From the NCBI RefSeq assembly GCF_036321535.1, contig NC_087437.1, positions 118,484,001 through 118,548,000 of the forward strand: 64,000 nucleotides of DNA, given 5' to 3'. This DNA comes from Camelus dromedarius. Taxonomy: Eukaryota. A program made the position numbers and the translations under genes. A model generated the notes under the pieces. It was not told the DNA's origin. It ran no database searches and saw nothing but the letters and a program-made list of their open reading frames with translations. Positions 37,613-49,871 of this stretch are shown piece after piece; positions within the stretch are counted from its first letter, which is position 1; each line of letters opens with the position of its first letter.

Positions 37613-39360
37613 CTTATTCTTCGTGTCAATGAGTAAGTCCAATGGGAACAGAAAATAAAATGAGTTCCTTGGATCACACACACACACGCACACATGCAAA
37701 AAATGAAAGGGCTCATTTTGCTTTGTTTGGGACCAGCCTTGAGCACACACGGAAGAGCAAATCCCATACCCTGACCCACAAGTATCTCTTCCATCTGCCT
37801 GTGGTTGATGCCTAAGGCATCACTGTAGATAATTATCTTTTTGTTCCCTGATACCCCTGGGACCAAGAAACACATTAAAGTTTTGTCGTCCTCTAACAGG
37901 CTAGAGGAGAACAGCTCGTGGGCTCCAGCGCTCCCTGTGACAGCTGTCTGAGAAGTGGTAACCGATCATAGATGAGATTTGATGGGAAGAGATGGGAGGG
38001 AAGATGAGGCAGTTTGAATCCTGGAGCTCGTCTTAGGAGAAAAAGAACCTTAATGGAGATTTCTGTCAAAGGAGTGGAAGGGCCAAGATTATCTCCCAGA
38101 CTGTGGTTCCCACAGAGAGGCAGAGAACGAAGGTGGCAAGAAAGAAGGAAGGATGGTAAATGCCTGTCCCCGGGGAGTCAGCAATGGGGGGGGGGGCAGC
38201 ATCCTCAAGGGCACCCCTCACGCCTTCCCACAGATCCCTGTTTGAGCAGCACCTGCCACTGAGCCACATGCATTTTCACCCGGAAGATCTAAGAATCCCT
38301 GAGGAAATGCAGCAACCCAGGTTAAGTGTTTTAAATGCATTCAAATAAAATATAAATGTATATAAAGGATTCAATTGTCAACTCATGCATGTACTTCTGT
38401 ATCTATACAATGGGGAGGGCCAGTCAATTATGAATGCTCGGAATTTTAGGGATGCATTTTGGCATTTCAGGCTGAGGTCCTGATCCTGGGACACTTTCCT
38501 CCACGTCATCACGTGGAGGGTCCCCTCCTGATCTCACGTTCCATGTTACCCCTCAGACGGTGCTTCCTCAGCCAGCCCACCATCCTGTTATTCACCACAG
38601 CACTGATGATTACCTAGTTTCTTGCATGTTAGTCTATTTATCCAATTCCCTTTCTAGAACACGAGCCCCACGAGCACAAGACCCTAGCCCCTCTTTATGG
38701 CTGTATCCCCTCAGCACATCCCCCAGGACCGTGCCTGGAACATTGGACACAGTCTAGCCACTTCCCAGAAGGGCCAAGAGTGAGATGCAGAAGGGTGATT
38801 TCCCCCACGACATAGCCCAGCAATGTTTTCTACAGCAAGTGGAGCGTGGAGGGGACACATGGGTCAGCATCACTTTCTCACAGCAAAGAACTCACGCTTC
38901 AATATGCATTGTGCTCTGTGACCAACCACCGAATCCCTTGCAGCAAACTCTGTGCTGAGCTCTCTCAGTAGAGGGTGCTGGAGGGACCGGGAGAGGGAAG
39001 CGGCTTCCTGCTGGGTCCAGCGTAGAGGGTGCAGTTGTGAGGACACTCTGGGGGACGACCCCAGGCAGGGGCCCAGCACTGATCCCCCTGAGATCTCGCA
39101 GCCTCTGCTGGGTGACAGCCTTTCTGCAGGTTTCTTTTGCTCAGAAGGGCTCCCACCCAGTCACACCCATGTCACCTGCACTTCTGGGGGTGTCCTGTGG
39201 CTTGCTCTGCAGTCCGGACCAGCACTGGCCTGGCCAAGCGGCAAACTTCCTGCTGCCCAGTGGCTGAACCACACCTTCTCCAACAAGATCTGAACGCCTC
39301 TGAGTCCGCCCTTCCTTGGTATTTCCTTATGTCTTACAGTTACCCTTTGATCATAACTAG

Positions 39361-39837
39361 TGTTACCTAGCAGAGCTTGCTGCTGTGTGCATAGAAGCCA
39401 GGACTATGCACCTGCTTTTGAAAAAGGAAAGGGCTGTATGGGGAGGTCAACTGGTCAGGAGACAGGAGGAAGGGCTCAAATCTGTCTCCCTGACCAGAGG
39501 GTTGGAGTGAAATTTAAGGAGTTAGGGAAATTTCAAACTTGGAAACTGATTGGCTGGTCTCGAATCAGTGCAGATAAGCTACGGGTGCTGCTGAAAGCCA
39601 GGTTTTCCTCACTGGAGGACTTCTCACTTTGTAAAGGGCTCCAGTGGCGACATTTCTATTGTCTGAGTTCCGTAGACTGACGGTTCTTGGTTCCGGGGTC
39701 ATCCTGGCCATACAGGTTCCCGTCTTGCGCGTGCGCAGAGCTGTCTGTGTAAAACAGCTCAAGGTCTGGTGAATCAATCAGCTCATCTAAGAAGGCAAAC
39801 CCAGTCTAAGCTGGTGGAAGTTTTATGTGCTGTTTCA
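39361..39837 (-). mobile_element. ERV1-type solo LTR (MER4-group-like)
   Basis: TGTTACC..GGAGACAGGAG..GGCTCAAATCTGTCTCCC..TTTCA. Confidence 0.65.
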
Positions 39838-40144
39838 CAGCAATTCTTCATTTTAAACGCCCCCCCGTTTCACCCACTATGTGGCTTCTAGCTTCTCATT
39901 GGAATCAGACTTCTAACCACAACGGTCTTGCCCAAAAGTCCTGCTCAGGGACTGTCATTAAGTGATTCTCTCTGCAAAGGGGCCACTTACTTGACCACAG
40001 GGCTGAGGTACCGACCGCAGGGTGGCCCACACATCAGCTGTGAGAGACAGTGAGGGGCCTGATTAACAAATGTCAATCAGTGAAACCGATCAGTGACTCT
40101 TTTTCTAACATTTGGTGGGGAACACAAAAGTCAGCATGCCTTTA

Positions 40145-40267
40145 CTTTTAGAGGAGATACTGGGGATAGAACCCAGGACCGTGTGCATGCTAAGCATACA
40201 CTCTACTGCTAAAAATAAACCTAATTACCTCCCCCAGCCAAAAAAAAAAAAAAAAAAAAAAAAAAAT
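40145..40267 (+). mobile_element. Vic-1-type SINE with inverted 5' head
   Basis: Head on minus (40145-40210), tail and polyA on plus (40211-40266), one flanking TSD pair. Confidence 0.85.
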
Positions 40268-40290
40268 AGCCAGCCTGCCTTTAGGGATGG

Positions 40291-40985
40291 ATTAATAGTG
40301 ATAGTAGCTAACCTTTATGGAGGATGACTACCTGAGAAGGAAAAGCCGGGCTGGGCTAACAAGATAACTCACAAATCTAAGTGTAACAAGTGTCAGATTA
40401 CTGATCTGAGTTCTCCTGGGCTAACTCGTAAAACTAAGTTAATAAGTGTCAGTTTGCTGATTCCCTGTTCGTGTTTTTTTTTTTTTTTTTTTTTTTTGCT
40501 AGCCAGCTGGATTTTCAAAGAGACATATCTGGCCTTGAAATGTTGGTTTGGTGCTTCCCTGCCTCTACTTTTGTAACAATGATGCTGCTAAAGCTGTTCC
40601 ATGCCTATTGGTCGAATACCCCAAGCTTGTAATTAACCCTATAAAACCTCATGCGCACATCTTGGAGGTGCTCGGAGTTTCGGAGCAGAAACCCCTCTGA
40701 GCCCGCCGGTGTAATAAATCTGAGTACTCCAACCCTCCGCGTGGTGCTTGTTTCTTGGCTGGCCTGTCGTTTCCGTAGCATACCTACCAGACGTCCCTCT
40801 ACGCACTTTACTTGTGTTAACTAATTTAATCCTGACAACAATCCAGAGGTGTGGGATACTATTATCAGCTCCACTTTATAGATGATGAAACAGAGACCCA
40901 GAGGGATAATGCAACTAGATTCAAGGGAACAGGTTGTACGTGGCGGAGCTTGGATTTGAATCCAAACTGTCTGGCTGAAGAGGCC
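40291..40985 (-). mobile_element. MIR split by an LTR insertion
   Basis: AATAG..TAGCTAAC before the LTR; GCACTTTAC..TTTAATCCT..CACTTTATAGATGATGAAACAGAG..GGATTTGAATCCA after it. Confidence 0.8.
40333..40780 (+). mobile_element. Young ERV solo LTR, family C
   Basis: TG..CA ends, perfect 4-bp TSD TACC, TATAAAA ~40640, AATAAA ~40713. Confidence 0.88.
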
Positions 40986-41238
40986 ACCTTCTTCATCATT
41001 TACATAAAATTAAAATACGTCCCCATAAAAGAAGAGCATACCTTTTTAAAAGATGAACTTCAAATGGAAAGAAACCCTTTCAGCTCGTTACTGTAAGACT
41101 CTGGCCTACTGAGAGTGTGTGCATGGAAGTAGAGCGTGAGGACAAAAAAGAAACGAACCCAAGGATGAACGCACAGCAGAGTGAGAGCATGGGCTTGCAA
41201 ACGTGTGCACACAGTTACGATGCACGCAGTGATGGCTG

Positions 41239-41741
41239 TGTGGATGGAAAATATTGCAGCCAAATCAGTAACAAAGGATGCTGTGGCCATCAAGTCATCA
41301 GCTGCTACTGCTGCCCCTGACAGTGAGTGGAAGGAACTCAGGATGCAGACAAGCAGGCAGCCCGGCCTCTGCAGCTTCCCCAGCCATGCCCCTGAAGGGA
41401 CTCAGAATGTGGAAGAAAAGGACACCGGCCCTAGATAGCCAGATGCATATAAAGGAATGATTTCAGTGAGCCCAGACCTTTGTGCCTTCCCACACATAGG
41501 AAATCACTAAATGCCTTAACCTGAGATGTCTGGTTTTCTTTAAGTCATGTCATATTTCAATGTTCTGACTACCTGGTCCTGGTTGCAAAATACTCCTGTA
41601 TATCCTGGCTCCTCCCTTGCCTCCACAGAACAGTCTCTTAGAACGATCTGAGAGGCTGTGCCCAGGCTCAAGTCCTCAGAAAGTCCACTGAAGAAAATAT
41701 AAGTCTCGATTTATAAGTTGTGCATTTTATTTCAGTTGACA
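41239..41741 (+). mobile_element. ERV1-type solo LTR, family B
   Basis: Homologous to the 11833 and 57949 copies; TG..GACA ends. Confidence 0.88.
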
Positions 41742-42813
41742 AGTGTGACTCACCCAACCCTGTGAGTGCGTTGGTGCAAAGCAAAAGCATGAGTTTCAGG
41801 ATGGTGGTGTTGGGAATGGTGTTCGAGACACAGGTGAGTGTGTGGTGTTCTCGGCACCAGAAGGACCGAAGGGAACCCCACCCAGGGCAGATGGGGCAGG
41901 ACGTATCCTGGCCTTGATGAGGTGCTGCTGAGAACCTCTCTATTCTCATAAAAATGGAACCACTCGAACGGAGGCTTTCTGAGGTCGGGAAATTTGTTCA
42001 GTGTCTCGAACACAGCCTGGCATACAATAGATGCTTAATATTTGCTGAAAGAATGAATTAATGAGCCAAGGGCAACTGTCTCCCTGGGAGCTCACGCTAG
42101 ACGGGGCGGTTGAGGGCCAGCCGTGAGGAGCATCCTCCAGGAGGGAGTGCGGAGGTGACCGTCCAAATGAGTAAAGGAAACACACATTTGAATCATCCAT
42201 CTGAGACAAGTCTCTTGCTTTTTTTCAAACTTGGGATATAAATCGTTCAAAGAGCACACGTGTGACCAATCATTTTTCAGGTTAAATTTGGTGACGAGCC
42301 CGTCAGTTGTCCAAATGCGCTGCGCAGTGCCTCCGCCCGTTGTGGGGGGTAGCTATCCGCCATTTAATTCCAAGTCAAAATAAGGAATTGATTTTAAATG
42401 CTAACAGGAAATTAGCATAAATAGAGCAGAGCCGATTATCTTAGGAATAACTCTGTTTGCTTTTCATTCTAGCCGGAAATAGGGCCAGGAAGGACCCGGC
42501 CGGCATCGGTTGCTAGAGCAAGTGCTGAACTAGTATGTGTCCCCAGAAGATGCCCTTAATAAAATCTTCAGCGAGACATTTAAAAGTCAAGCACACGGGA
42601 GTATTAAAATTGCCTCCCGCAATCCAGGCACATGACAAGTTTCCTAAAGCCACAGCCCCAGCGAGCACTCATTTTGTCTGTGTGACTTGATCAGGAAGCA
42701 GTCCAGGCTCTTCCTCCTTTCTCTCGTATTTTCAGGGATGTCAGAAAAGATCAGCTTCCAACAGACCAGACGATCTTCCTTAGTTTTTCCAAGTGAAGTT
42801 TGACTCTTATGTC

Positions 42814-43282
42814 TGTTGACTGAAATAAAATGCTCAAACTGTAAGTTGAGAGTTACATTTTATTCAGTGGACTTTCTGAAGAATCGAGCCCGGGGGGCAG
42901 CCTTTCAGATCGCTCTGAGGGACTGCTGCAAAGAGGCAGGAGAGAAGCCAGGGTATATGGGAGTTTTTTGCAACAAAGACCAGGTAGTCAGAACATTAAA
43001 ATATCACTATTAATTAAAGAAAACCAGATATCTCAAGTTAAGGCATTTAACGCTTTTCTATGCGTGGGAAGGTGCAAAAGCCTGGGCTCACTGAAATCAC
43101 TCCTTTTATGTGCACCTTAGCTGCCAGGGCACCACTGGGGGTGGCAGCAGAGGCCAGGCTGCCTGCTAGTCTGCATCCTGAGTTCCCTCCCCTCACTGCC
43201 AGGGGACAGCAGTAGTGGCTAATGACTTGAAGGCCACAGCATCCTTTGTGTACTGATATGGCTGCAATATTTTTCATTCACG
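42814..43282 (-). mobile_element. ERV1-type solo LTR, family B
   Basis: Reverse complement of 41239-41741 with an internal deletion. Confidence 0.88.
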
Positions 43283-44589
43283 TGCATAAGTATCTCATGA
43301 TCACTGAACATCTGGGCTGATGTCAGCTTCTTGCGGATGAGCAGAAGCACACCTGTCTTGGCCAAGGTTCCAGTCTTGAGTGTCTGCAGGCTGGTATTTA
43401 CCTCCTCACTTTAAAATTCACGTGGTGCACACAGATGTGATTATGTAATTACAATCAAATGGCAACCAGAGTGTGAGTCTTGAATTACTTGTCCTGGAAC
43501 AGAGAGAGCTGTGTGTCATCACACTGAGGCTGGGAACAGAGTAAGCGTGGGCAAAGGCAGACTAATTTCTAGCCCAGGGACGGAGACTTAAATGAAGCAT
43601 CGTGAGGGGGCGCTGCCAGGTGCGGGCGCACAGCTCACGCCACCCACGGATTGCAGGGGAGAGCACTCAACGCTGCCGCCTCGAAGAAAGGGGAACTGTG
43701 GTCCGGGCCTGGCTTTCAGCGATAAGCCACCAGCTAGTCTTGGCAGAGAGGTGAGGCCGAAAAGGGCCCCAACGCCTCTTTCCCTTCATTCCCTTGCTGG
43801 GCTGAGTGTTTTGGCTCTCGGCAGAAGAGTGGTTCCCAAAAGCGGGGTTTCAGAAGGAGCAGAGGCACAATGATGTGGACAAATTAGTTCTTTTCATTTT
43901 AACAGAGCTGGGTTTTACTTCCAAGGGGCAGGGGAGAAATTGAGAAATGAAATAGACAAGTAGGTTATCCCTCATTGTAAGGACTCAGGGATCCAGGCAA
44001 GGACCCACCTGTTCATTCAGTAAATCAGGCAAAGCTGGGTGATGCCGAGCATTGTCCCCAAGATGCTTCTGTGGGCTTGGTCCTCTACTAAGGCAAAACT
44101 ACATGGAGGTTCATGTCCTGAGCTCTCGGGTCAGAAAGGCCTGGGTTTGAATCCCATCTCAGTGTGAGTGTATTCAAGTTACTCAAATCTATCTGTAAAA
44201 CACAGAGCATCTAGACAAGTTTCCATTCCCACGAATGTAGTCAGCTATTCTAGGACTTTTGCATTAAAGGTCCACAACCTTCTGACTCCAGGGAACTGAG
44301 GATGACGGATGCTGGAGAAGAATTATTTCTTCAGACGCAGGGAAAGTCTCGACTCTCAGATCCATCTCATCATAACTATCTCCTCCTCTTCGCCAGGTGT
44401 TAAGAGGGTGAGGCAGCTCCTCCCCAACCCTGTCCCCCAGTCAGCATGGACACTCTGGGTGCTTTTCCTGCCTCTCGTTAGCACTTTATCTTTTGAAGGT
44501 TCTCGCTTTGTTCCATATCTAGCTAGTCAGGACCCTCCATAACCAAGTCCTCAAATTAAAAGGAGCTTTCCATAGAAATGCACCTGCGA

Positions 44590-45615
44590 TGTTGTGATCT
44601 ATTATAAATGCAATCATCCCTTGGTATCCACAGGGGAATTAGTCCCAGGAACCCCCGCGATACTAAATCCATGGGTGCCTAAGTCTTTTTATAAAATGGC
44701 ATAGAACAATCATCCTTCCATACACACAGGTTCTGCATCTGTGGATAGGGAGGGCCAGAGGGCCAACTGTATACATTTTGGTCCCTATCCAATGTTCCCA
44801 GGTCCCAAAACCCTTAGAATTTCCTGAGCATAAGAGCAATGAGAGCATCTCTTGTTCTGATATTTGGTCTTTTGTCCTTAGTTCCTAAAATCACTTCAGA
44901 GCCTCATGGATGAAAAGAGTATCTCACTATTCATAACAAGCCTCTTTCCCCAACACCCGAGCTTGCGTTTATGCCATGACTTTTGGAAAGCACTTAAGGA
45001 TGGGGATTCATCGCCAGGGAAACCAACCATGAATCGAGCCCCACCCCCGATTTCCTGGGAGAGAAGAGGGGCTGGAGGTTGAATTAATCACCATTAGCTA
45101 GTGACTTACTCAGTCATGCTTATGTAATGAAGCCTCCATTAAAATCCAAAGGGTGGGGTTTGGGGAGCTTCCAGGTTGGTGAACCAGACCGGTTTCACCT
45201 GTTGTGGTTCCAAGCCCCAGACTCCACGGGGACAGAAGCTCCTTTATTCCGGAACTGGCCCTACATACCTCTTCATCTGGCTATTGATCTACATCCTTTG
45301 ATAACCTTTGTAATAAACTGGTAATCTAGTGAGGAAACTGGCTTCCTGAGTTCTGTGAGTCGCCCTAGCAAATTAATTGACCCCAAGAAGGGGGTCTTGG
45401 GAACTTCTGGTCTATAGCCAGTCAGAAGCACGGGCGACAACCTGGACTCGCGAGTGACATCTGAAGTTGGGGGCAGTCTTGTAGGACTGAGCCCTCCATC
45501 CGCGGGATCCGATGCTCTTCCCCAGGCAGACAGTGTCAGAACGGGGTTGCCTTGTAGCACACCCAGCTGGCGTCGCAGAATTGCTCGGTGGTGTCGGAAA
45601 AGCACAACTGGAACT
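44590..45615 (+). mobile_element. MER21-like ERVL LTR
   Basis: AAACCCTTAGAATTTCCTGAG..GGGGCTGGAGGTTGA..CATCTGGCT..AATAAACTGGTAA..CAACCTGGACT..GACAGTGTCAGAA. Confidence 0.8.
44610..44770 (+). mobile_element. MER2-like Tigger-derived MITE nested in the MER21-like LTR
   Basis: CATCCCTTGGTATCCACAGGGGA..CCAGGAACCCCCGCGATAC..GAGGGCCAACTG followed by TA. Confidence 0.7.
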
Positions 45616-45679
45616 GCGTGCCGAATCGTAGCACCCCATCCACACACACACACACACAGGCCGTAACGCCTCCTCCTAC

Positions 45680-45970
45680 AGTATGAAGTCGTAACGTAAC
45701 AGCCAGTACGCACTGAGAGCTTTATATGTGCCCGACACTACACTGCGTGTTTCCAGCGTGTTGTGTCTTTGACTTAATCCCCACAACAGACCACAACTGC
45801 CCTGTGAGGCAGGCACTAGTATTGTCTTCGTTTTTTTAATAGAGAGACTGTGGCCAGGGAAGGGTGAGTAACTGCCCCAGTCACGCAGGTGGTGGGCGAT
45901 GGAGCTGAGAGGAGGCCTCGGCAGGCTGGCTCCAGGGTCTGTATCCTGAGCCGTTAGGCTGTGGTGGTCT
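45680..45970 (-). mobile_element. MIR
   Basis: CACTGAGAGCTT..TTAATCCCCACAAC..GTGAGGCAGGCACTA..GTAACTGCCCCAGTCAC. Confidence 0.7.
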
Positions 45971-46779
45971 CCTCTGTAACCATTTATGTGGAGTGTTGTT
46001 AGTACCACAGCAGACACAGCCAACGTATGCGGAAACAGCGGAGGGACATCCACCTGTGGATGGAGGAGATCTTCTCAGAGAAAGTGATGTGCTCGGAGTC
46101 TGGAAGGATGAGTAGGAGCCATCCCAGGGAAGGAGGAATGAAGGGGGGAGCGTTGCAGATGAGGAGCAGCCGTTGCACAGACATGGTGGGAACAAGCCAG
46201 CTCCTACAGGATACGTGGTGGAGTTGGTTTTCAAACCCAGAGGAGAGAGGATCTGGGATGTGATGGATAACGAAAAAGGAAAATTGGTCACAGCTTGAAA
46301 TGAAATAGGATTTCTGGGCTTCATTTGCTCAGAAGTAAATTTTGAACAAAACTATTCTCCAAACAATTAGACAAAGAAATGTAGAAATGTCTGGGAAGAG
46401 AAAGGTCCCCCTTTTTTTTTAATGGGACTAGAAAGGAGTTGACTAGGGCACACTGCTACAGACAGCAGCGGGCCGCACAGGCGAGGGGCGCCTGCGTGAG
46501 CGCCCAGGGCCGGTTGTTGGGGTCTTTTATAAGGTCGGGTCACAAGGCACCCGATCGGCTTGGGCACAGTTCTCTGCTTGGCTGTAGGTGGGAAAGCCTT
46601 CCTTCTTTAAAGCTGTTAATTGTATCTACCATGAGTTCTGAGGAGACTCAAGGGGCAGTAAAGACTTACTGAGAGGACATTATGGTCCAGAGACAGAGAT
46701 GACCCCTGTCCTCGTGGGGCTCACAGGCTGGGAGGGACACAGACCGGAAAATGGGAGAATCTAACCCTGTCTTATATGC

Positions 46780-47050
46780 GCTGGGATGGGGATTGTTCCC
46801 TGTCCCCAGGCTTGATTCCCTCAGAGGCAAGTGTTGAGACAAGGATTTATTTGGGAGGTGATCCCAAGACGTGCTGGGGGTGGTGGGGAGAGAGACACAG
46901 ACGGGAGGGAGCTAATGCATGGCAGAGAGTTGCCATGGCAACACCTGGACCCACCCACTGGGGAGGTCTGGGAGACAGCGTGGTACCTGCCCCGTGCCAC
47001 TGGTGAGGGCAGCTCTGGACATGCCACCCCCCTGGCATGTTCAGTCAGTC
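46780..47050 (-). mobile_element. LTR33/LTR16-like ERVL LTR fragment
   Basis: TGAGACAAGGATTTATTTGGGAGGTGATCCCA. Confidence 0.5.
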
Positions 47051-48759
47051 CTGTGCCTTGGCCCCTCGAAGGCCCTGGGACAGAGAAGCAGGTACAAGAG
47101 GGACCGCCACCCTCAGGAAAAGCGAGGGGCTTAGGAAGTTTTCCTGGAGGTGCTGGTGTATAAGCGTCAGTTGGTTGAGTAAGGAAGGAGAGGGAACAGA
47201 GCACCCCAGGAGGAGGAACAGCATCAACCACACTTACTGGGATTGGTTCTGTGTGTATTTTTCCCCCACTAGGTATACATCCCTATAAGGCAATGATTAA
47301 ATCTTATTCATCTTTTTACTCAACTCACCTTTCTCAAGCATTTGCTCCTTCTTGTGCTGGGCTAGAAAAATCTAAGTTCAAGAAATATGGGACAAGGTAC
47401 CAAGGGAGCAGCTGGCCTACCCCCTATCTAGCTCCAGAGAGGTCCACCAAGAATGACCATCCTGCAACTTCCGTGGCCACAAAGACAGTGTAAAAGTGCT
47501 TCCAGGTGTGTAGCTTTGTGTGACAGAAGCCACACAGTTTGTTTCTTTCAGAACTTTTTTATTTTTGTACAAAAGAAAATATTTTTACTTAATTTTAAAA
47601 ATTATAATATACAGAATGTACAATGTATTAAAAGATTGTTGCACCTACAAATTTAGCCTGTTTCTTAAAAATATCAACAATATGCTGTGGACACCATTTA
47701 TAGCCACAAACATGTTTCTAGAATGTTCTAGAATGCCATTTATCTTAATAGATTTCTTTGCCTTCTTTTTAACCTATATTTACCTTAAGACCTTTGTATG
47801 AGGTTAATGTAAGTAATGATTGCTTTCTGTTTTTTCAGTTCTTAGAAGATCTCCTGCATTTTCTTTGAACTAAGAAGGTACTTTCCTCCAGCAGTTGCTC
47901 ACACTCGGGCAAAGTCGAGAAGACAAGATGTCATGATTCTGCAGGTCTAGACGTCCTTTATGCTTGGGGCCTTGGACATCTGTGAGCAAGCCTCCGAGAG
48001 CAGATCTCCCTGTGAGATGGAGGGTCTCGCTGGACCTACAGCACACTGACATCTGCTGGTCACTTAGAGGTCATCGCTGGGAAGAGCTGTTCAAAATGCA
48101 GAAAGCTGCTCTGAGCCGTTTTCCCTGAGTACGCGGAACTAAATTCTTGTTCTGTTTTCAAGGCTTTAATCAAGATACAGATGAGGTTCTCCAGGCAGTT
48201 ACGTCCCTAATGGAAGATCTCTTTTGGACATCATCCTCCTCAATCTCTGTTCACTCCAGTACTGCCACTTGCCATGTTGGACTAATTACACTCACCCAGC
48301 ACTCTCCTGGGAGCATTTGTGGTAGAAAAGGTAGACGAGTGGAAACCTTTCACAGACTTACCCATTAAGCTTATTTTCACAGGAGAGCCCTGGAGCCTGA
48401 GCTCTTAGGTCGTCCGCAAAAACAAGGGGAGTGGGAGGATGGGGGGACATGGAGAAGCGGTTCTGAGAGCAGCTCATGGAATGCTAGCTCCTGGCTTTCC
48501 TTCACACTCTGTCCCAAAGGCATCAGTAGTGTCATGCCTGCCAGCCCCAACAGAGAGCCGTCACTGGCAGAAAACTAGGTTAGCAGTTGTCATTCTGGAA
48601 ACCAGCCTGGCCTGGTACGGCAAGCCTCCAGAACCCAAGTCCCCCAAAAAGGAACTCCGCCCAGAGGATGGACTCCCACCCCTTATCCGTCTGCGCCTGC
48701 TGCTCCCTGTGTGTGGCACCCAGCCTCCTGCTCCTTCTGTGACAGTGTGGCCACAGAAA

Positions 48760-48950
48760 GAAATAGACTTCAAAGCCCACGGCCCTGGGTTCAGCTCCCC
48801 TCTCTGCCCCTTGCCCATCTGAGCACGGGCTAGTAATACAGTCTTTCTAAGCCTCACCTTCCTCAATCCGGTAACAACAGGTAATGGGGGCGAAGGGAAC
48901 ATTCATGTAAAGTGGGAGCAGGCTCGAGCTTCCTGGCGCACAGTAGGGAT
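48760..48950 (+). mobile_element. MIR
   Basis: CCTGGGTTCAG..CTCTGCC..TCTAAGCCTCACCTTCCTCA..CATGTAAAGTG..CCTGGCGCACAGTAG. Confidence 0.6.
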
Positions 48951-49129
48951 TCACTTTTCCAACTCAGCCTCACAGCAGGTGCCCAGCCGTTCTCTCCTTC
49001 CTGCTTCAGTGTCTGCTCCTCTCAGAGCCGACATCTTAAAAAGCATCTCCAGCCTCTCATGTGCCCTCCAGTCAGGACAGTTCCCGCTGCTGCACTGAAG
49101 CCCGTTCTGACAAGCCCACCAGTGACCTG

Positions 49130-49440
49130 TTGACGATGTTTCTGTCCTTGTTTAACTTCTTAGGGCTCCACGACACCCACTTACCTATTTTCCCCCTACT
49201 CTACTCCTTCTCTGACTCCCTCTGAATGGGGATGTCTCAGAGCTCAGCCTGGGCCCACTCACCTTTCCTCTCCAGTCTTTGCCTGGGTTGACCACCTGTG
49301 GTTCTGAATATCATCCGTACGCTGGTGACTCCTGCCTTTATAGCTCAGCCTAAGCACCCTCTGAGCTCCAGGCACGTGTGTCCAGCTGTTTACAGGACCT
49401 GTCCTTTGGATGTTGTGCTGGACATCTTATGCACCACCTC
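49130..49440 (+). mobile_element. L2 fragment
   Basis: GGCTCCACGACACC..CTCTGAGCTCCAG..TCCAGCTG..CTTTGGATG. Confidence 0.6.
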
Positions 49441-49752
49441 ATGTCCACTCAGCCCACCTTTCGCTCCAGCCATTGCTCTGGCAACCAGCCAAGGCGAGGA
49501 GCTGGAAACACCTGCCCCCGGTGCCCCGCCCACCTCTCCCTCTCTGCCTCAGGACTTCTCTGCTGCTGTCACACTGAACTTTTGCAGGAGCCCACTCACC
49601 TGGCCAAGTGGGAGAGCAAGGGAGCAGACACACCCTGGGCGACCCTTGAGAGTGGGGATGGGAGCTGGTGGCCAATCACATCCCTTCCTGTTCCCCAGCA
49701 GGGCTGAGCCCAGAGGCCCACGGTGGGAAACGACTCAGGAAAACACCATGGT

Positions 49753-49871
49753 GGGGAGGGTGGAGCTCAGTGGTAGAGTGCGTGCTTAGCATGCACGAGG
49801 TCCTGGGTTCGATCCCCAGTACCGATAAATAAACAAGTAAATATCTGATTGCCCCCCAAAAAATAAAAATA
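49753..49871 (+). mobile_element. Vic-1-type SINE
   Basis: GGGGAGGGTGGAGCTCAGTGGTAGAG..GGTTCGATCCCCAG; degenerate TSD 49737-49751/49872-49886. Confidence 0.9.

Noticed and set aside
48163..48330. Possible coding exon (GFNQDTDEVLQAVTSLMEDLFW...)
   Set aside because: Weak donor (GTAGAC), no recognisable homology and no partner exons
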